Positions 58,800 through 64,000 of a stretch of 64,000 nucleotides of DNA are shown one piece after another. The notes beneath the pieces were generated by a model. That model was not told the DNA's origin and searched no databases. It worked only from the letters and a program-made list of their open reading frames with translations. Position 1 is the stretch's first letter, and each line of letters opens with the position of its first letter. A program made the position numbers and the translations under genes. The stretch is from the human T2T-CHM13v2.0 reference genome, Homo sapiens: NCBI RefSeq assembly GCF_009914755.1, contig NC_060938.1; one strand, given 5' to 3'.

Positions 58800-58990
58800 G
58801 TGGCATTAAAATTGTCCATTTTTGAGCTCTACTATGTGGCATGTATTATAATCATGTATTTTACTAGCAAGGCAATTTTACAGTTTTACAAATGGGAATA
58901 TAACAAAACTGAGTTACCGTGCTGACTGCAAAGTTCATGAGAAGAAAATAACCTGAATTCAGCTTATCTGACACTAGGGCCTTGCCCTTC
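58800..58990 (-). mobile_element. MIR-like fragment
   Basis: ttttgagctctactatgtggca...cagttttacaaatggg...tctgacactagggcc. Confidence 0.5.
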
Positions 58991-59629
58991 CCAAGACAGG
59001 AGGCAACTCCTCTGATACTAGAGTATTAGGCAGACACAGGGCTCAGAATAGATTCTTCCTGCTTTAGAAAAGATTAAATGAAGAATTGTCATTTCAGTGT
59101 TATTTCAAAAGTGTATATGGTAATAGGGTAGAATTCTCAGGGTTACATAACCAAAACATAACTATACCACACCTTGATCCTCTATCTACCTCTTCAGCTA
59201 TTAATTCAAATCCAAAGTCCAGATTACTTTAACCATTAAATTTTCCATTTTCTAAGAGCACATGTAGTTTACAATAAATAATCTAAACATCTATTTTATG
59301 CCAAAGGTTGTTGTGTAGTGTTTTTGTCATTTCGTTTAAGTAATGATTGCCTTTAAGTGAAGGGCCCTTTAGTAAATTCTGTCTACATGTCTCACTGCAC
59401 CCTAGCTCCCATAGTGGGACTACAATCGACATACAATAAATATAATAGATATTATTTTTGTAACTTAAGCAATATAACTGCTTTTGATAATTTTACAAAA
59501 TTTCTATTACTGTTTTAAAACAAATAAATTTAGGAAAAATAATTTCTTTTTGTGGCTGCAGTGCTGATATCTAATGAAGTCTTGAATGGATCATATACAT
59601 TTTCAAGGCTTCAGTTTTGTCATCAGTAG

Positions 59630-61685
59630 CGACGGCAGGAGTAGGCCACCCGGAGCAGCCACTGCCATCAGCCGGCTGCAGCAGGGGGTCACTAGCTGTG
59701 GTGGCAGGAGTGGCTGTGGGAGCAGCAGTGGCAGTGGTCGATCCCCTGTGCCCAACTTTTCTCAGGCAGTGGACTGTGACACCCCTACCCTTGCATAGCT
59801 GGGCAGGACCCACTCCCAGGCCCGGATCTTCCACCACAGTCTCAGCCTCACCCCTTGCCACATCCTGGGGACCCACAAGCACCTAGCCAAAGGTGCAGCC
59901 GGGACTCACGAAGCTGGCCCCAGGAGTGTCGGATTTGTTTTTGCAGGGTAGGCTGGGGTCACCGTACCACTTCCACCTTGCCTGACACCCTGGGAACTGC
60001 TGTGATAAGGCCAGGCTGAGTTGCCTGCCTGCAGGGGAGCAGTGTGTTTGGGCATGGAGGAGTGGGCAAGAAGGGACCCTGAGATGGAGCTGGGCCTGGG
60101 GCAGTGCTTTGCTCCACAGAGCCAGGAAGAGCTGGGAACAGACAGGAGCTCCCAGGCATGGCTGCAGCTGCCTAAGTTGCGACTGTGAACCCAGACATTT
60201 CTGAACTCTCAGGGGGCCTGGGAAGGCCACCTCTTGCCCCGGCAGGCTTGAGGTTGTCCGCTCCTTCGGCTTGGCTTCTCCCTGCTGTCTCAGCCTGCTG
60301 TGATCTCAGAGCAAAGTCAGGGCCAAGCCTGAGCATTGTTGCAGCCCTGCCAATTTTTCATATGCTCAGAGAAGCATTTACAGACCATGCCCCTCCCGCC
60401 TTGACCCCCTCCTGACTTTGGGTCCCAACAAGCACGGGAGGGAGGCTGAGGGGGTGCTGAGGGCAGCTCAGTGCTGGATTACAGGCACCTCTTGGCACAA
60501 ACAGCCTGGGTGCCATGAATGGTGGCAGGAGGCAGACAGGCTCCTGGGTGAAAGGGGGTGAGGCCCCACCTTCAAGCTAGGAAGGTCTGAAGCTGCCAGT
60601 CCCACAAACAGGAGTGGGAATTTGTGGTGTTTTTTCCAGGCTTGTCTATGGCTGCCCATGGACCAATTGGTACACACTTCTTCCCCTCTGAGACCCATTA
60701 AAGCCCAAGACTCAGGCAGACTCAAAGAGACATTGGGATGACCAGCTGCAGAGAGGAGCTGCCCACCCCAAGGTCTCCTCTCTGCAGAGAGCTGAGGAGA
60801 CAATGAGATTGCAAGCTGCAGAGAGGAGCTCCCCTCTCTGCTGAGAGCTGGACACTCGTCTAGATGACCTACCTAGCAGAAAGGAGCTACCCTCTCTGCT
60901 GAGAGCTGAACACTCATCAGAATGACCTGCCTAGCCAAGGGAAACTGCCCTCTCTGGTGAGAGCTGAACACTCATCGAGACCCCCTGGCTACAGAGAGGA
61001 GCTTCCCACTGTGGGTCTCGTCTGAGCTGTTCTGTTGCTCAGTAAACCTCCGCTTCATTTTGCTTACCCTCCACTTGTCTGTTTGCCTCATTCTTCCTGG
61101 ATGCAGGACAAGCACTCAGAACCCACCAAATGGCAACACTAAAAGAGCTGTAACACAAACAGGCCTTAAACACTTTTGCATCCCACATTGCAGGCAACAA
61201 GGAGAGAAGAGAGAAGGGGAGAAGAGCTGCAGCTTTTTGGGGAGCCCAGACCTAGGAACTCCCTGAGCCAGGGCTGTGACATCCTCTTTAGGGCTCTGTG
61301 GTTCCTGGCATCACCAAGCTTCTGGGCACCATACCACATTCCTTAGTGTCAGCCATGGAACCTGCTTATGGTACACCTGGTCCAGCCACAGCCTTGCAGG
61401 GATCCAGTGCCCATGCTGGCACCTGGAGCTACTCACCCTGTGGCAGCCAGTATGCCTGCCTATGTGCGGTGGCTAGAGCCCACATTCATGCACACACCCC
61501 TAGCTGCTACACCCCTGGCTCACTCTTGGCAGGCATGGGATCCAGGCTAGTAGTAGGAGCTGAGTGCAGCCTGCAGCCCTAGTGGGCAGAACGTGCCCAG
61601 CGGGCCTGTGCAAAACTTGGACAAAGGTGCCACCAGACCCAGAGGTTTCTGGCTGGTGAAGCAACACTTCAAGGATCCTGTAAGA
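59630..61685 (+). mobile_element. MER52 (MER52D-like, about 2.05 kb) ERV1 solo LTR
   Basis: Start cgacggcag...ggagcagccactgccatcagccggctgcagc; end ggtttctggctgg...caaggatcctgtaaga; TSD gtag/gcag; internal repeats of about 58 bp. Confidence 0.88.
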
Positions 61686-61715
61686 GCAGAATAAAAATTC
61701 TATTACATTTCTCAT

Positions 61716-62075
61716 TACTATGGTATGAATGTTTCTGTTACTTCAAAATTTATATGCTGAAATCTAATCCTCAATGAGTTGGTATTAAGAGACAGTGCCT
61801 TTGGGAGGTGATTCTGTCATGAAAGTAGAGCTCTCGATAATGGGAGTAGTGCTTTATGAAAGAGGCCTGAGGGGGCTTGTTTGCCCTTTATGCAAGGTAA
61901 GCATGCAGCTAAAATGCGCCATCCATGAGGAACAGTACCCCCACCAAAAACTGGACCTGCCAATGCCTTGATTTTAGACCTCCAGGCCTCCAGAACTGTA
62001 AGCAATAAATTTCTGTTTATTAAAAATTTCCCAGCCTGTGGCATTTTGCTATAGCAGGTTGAAAGGACTAAGACA
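61716..62075 (+). mobile_element. MLT1A/MLT1A0 MaLR solo LTR
   Basis: tactatggtatgaatg...cctccagaactgtaagcaataaatttctg...ggactaagaca; 5-bp TSD ctcat/ctcgt. Confidence 0.88.
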
Positions 62076-63024
62076 CTCGTCATTATTCCCTGCATTAGCA
62101 TTATCAGCCCATCTAATTCTTCCCATTTAAACATTTCCAATTTGATTTATTTTATAAACAAGAGGGGAAATAACCAAATGTTTTTCAGAATGTACATCTG
62201 ATGTTAGCACAATTTCCAGGCCATGCTCATTTAATTCAGGGTGCTGTGTGACTGAGTGACCACAGACAGCCCAGATCATCATTTTATGCTTTCATTTCCA
62301 CTAAAGTAAATGAAAATAGTGACTTATTTCCTAGTGCAGAAATAAAATTAAATAAAATAATTTGAAAACTACTGCTGCACCATAAACTTTGTTTTTCCTT
62401 TCTTCTTTTGAAGGAAAAAAAAATCAATGAAGAAATTAAGATGTTTTGTGTTTTTGTATCCATGTATTTTAATTTTTTGTTAATTATTCTTACTATTGTA
62501 ATTATTTATATGCTTATTTCTTAACTTTATCATGGCTTCTCTGTTTTTTGCCTAATTTTGAGACCCTTAACTTTTTAGCTATTTAATATTTTTACATGTG
62601 TTAGTCCTCTTTCTAGCTCTTGTTCTAGATCATTAATCCACGAGTTAGAGCTGATCTAAATATCTCTATTATCTCTATCATATTCTTCCTCCATTCAATT
62701 TTTTGTTTTTTATTATTCTTATCTTCAAAATCTTCAGAAAATTTGCTTTCCAAGATTCTGTATGCATAGGAAAAATAATCAAATTATCTCCATAAATAGA
62801 AAGAATTTTAATAGACACCTTTTATGGGTCAATTAAGCAAGTCTGACTTTCTTCCATCTTGACATTTATTTCTAATTTTGTGACAAAGCACTTGACAATT
62901 GATTGATCTATCAAGGCTTGCTACTGGTAAAACTTCCAGTTCTGGATTTTATTTGCATTTGAAATGAGAATCTTGTTATACATTCTCAAAGATAATCTAA
63001 TCTAGTCCATTATGTGCATTTTTT

Positions 63025-63331
63025 TCTATTTCTTTATTTTTATTTTTATTTTTATTTTTTGAGATGGAGTTTTGCTCTTTTGCCCAGGCTGCAGTGCAGT
63101 GGTGAGATCTGCAACCTCTGCCTTCTGGTTTCAAGTGATCCTCCTGCTTCAGCCTCCCAAGTAGCTGGGACTACAGGTGTGCACCAACATGCCCAGCTAA
63201 TTTTTGTATTTTTAGTAGAGACAGGGTTTCACCATGTTGGCCAGGCTGGTCTCAAACTACTGACCTTGTGATCTACCTGCTTCGGCCTCCCAAAGAGCTG
63301 GGATTACAGGCATGAGCCACCGCCCCCAGCC
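63025..63331 (-). mobile_element. AluSg-like SINE
   Basis: Reverse dimer; TSD tatgtgcatttttt. Confidence 0.94.
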
Positions 63332-63769
63332 TATGTGCATTTTTTAACCAAAATAGAAGTTCACTTTTTCATCTTTTTCTAGCAGAATACTAAGACTTAA
63401 AGCCAACGAAGTTGCTTTCTTCACTGAGTTAACACCTTTACTGCAACTCTAACACGAAAAGGAAAGTTCTTCCTAGGCCCACTCTCATTCAGTCATTGGT
63501 TTCCACCCCATATCCCCACCTCTATAGGTAGCTCCTCAAAAATGAAGAGCAAAATTTTTAGTAATGTCTGTTTTCCTGGAATGAACTGACCACTTTTATC
63601 CTTCAAACGAATGAGCAAATGATAATTAGGATTTTTTATAACTTGTGATTGAGAAGTGATCATGATCATAGACATTCTCATCTCTTTATCTCTAATATGT
63701 CAACAAATTGGATTCTATTTTTAATTACATAATATCAGAATATTTGGTATTATATAACTGCAGTTCAAA

Positions 63770-64000
<231 letters not shown>

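Noticed and set aside
60735-61010. Regularly spaced repeats superficially like a CRISPR array
   Set aside because: They are diverged head-to-tail units without unique spacers, inside a primate LTR, with no cas genes.
59571-61715. GC-rich block with many ORFs, resembling a CpG island or first exon
   Set aside because: It coincides with a MER52 LTR bounded by a TSD. It is CpG-depleted, and the ORFs reflect stop-codon scarcity in GC-rich DNA.

Overview
This is AT-rich catarrhine primate (most likely human) non-coding DNA, either intergenic or deep intronic. I found no supportable protein-coding exon, structural RNA gene, processed pseudogene or CRISPR array. Much of the window is interspersed repeats. 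These include about 13 Alus (J, S, Y and a monomer), L1 fragments with one long, internally deleted L1MC/MD-type element, and L2 and MIR relics. There are two DNA transposons (MER47A and a Zaphod/MER115-type hAT). About 13 LTR elements are present: a THE1 solo LTR, a two-LTR THE1D provirus, LTR8, MER4, MSTB, MER21, LTR47A, LTR16, MLT1s and a 2-kb MER52D. Several insertions are nested and have readable target-site duplications (TSDs). Repeat names come from recalled consensus sequences, so subfamily calls are provisional. The listed ORFs are repeat-derived or chance. I see no convincing new biological system. The best unexplained signals are: (1) a 41-bp fold-back hairpin inside the MER21 LTR; (2) an old local duplication with a perfectly kept 21-bp core (7571/8841); (3) a cluster of plus-strand splice signals at 11.7-12.9 kb; (4) a CpG-retaining, motif-rich unique patch at 36.4 kb.
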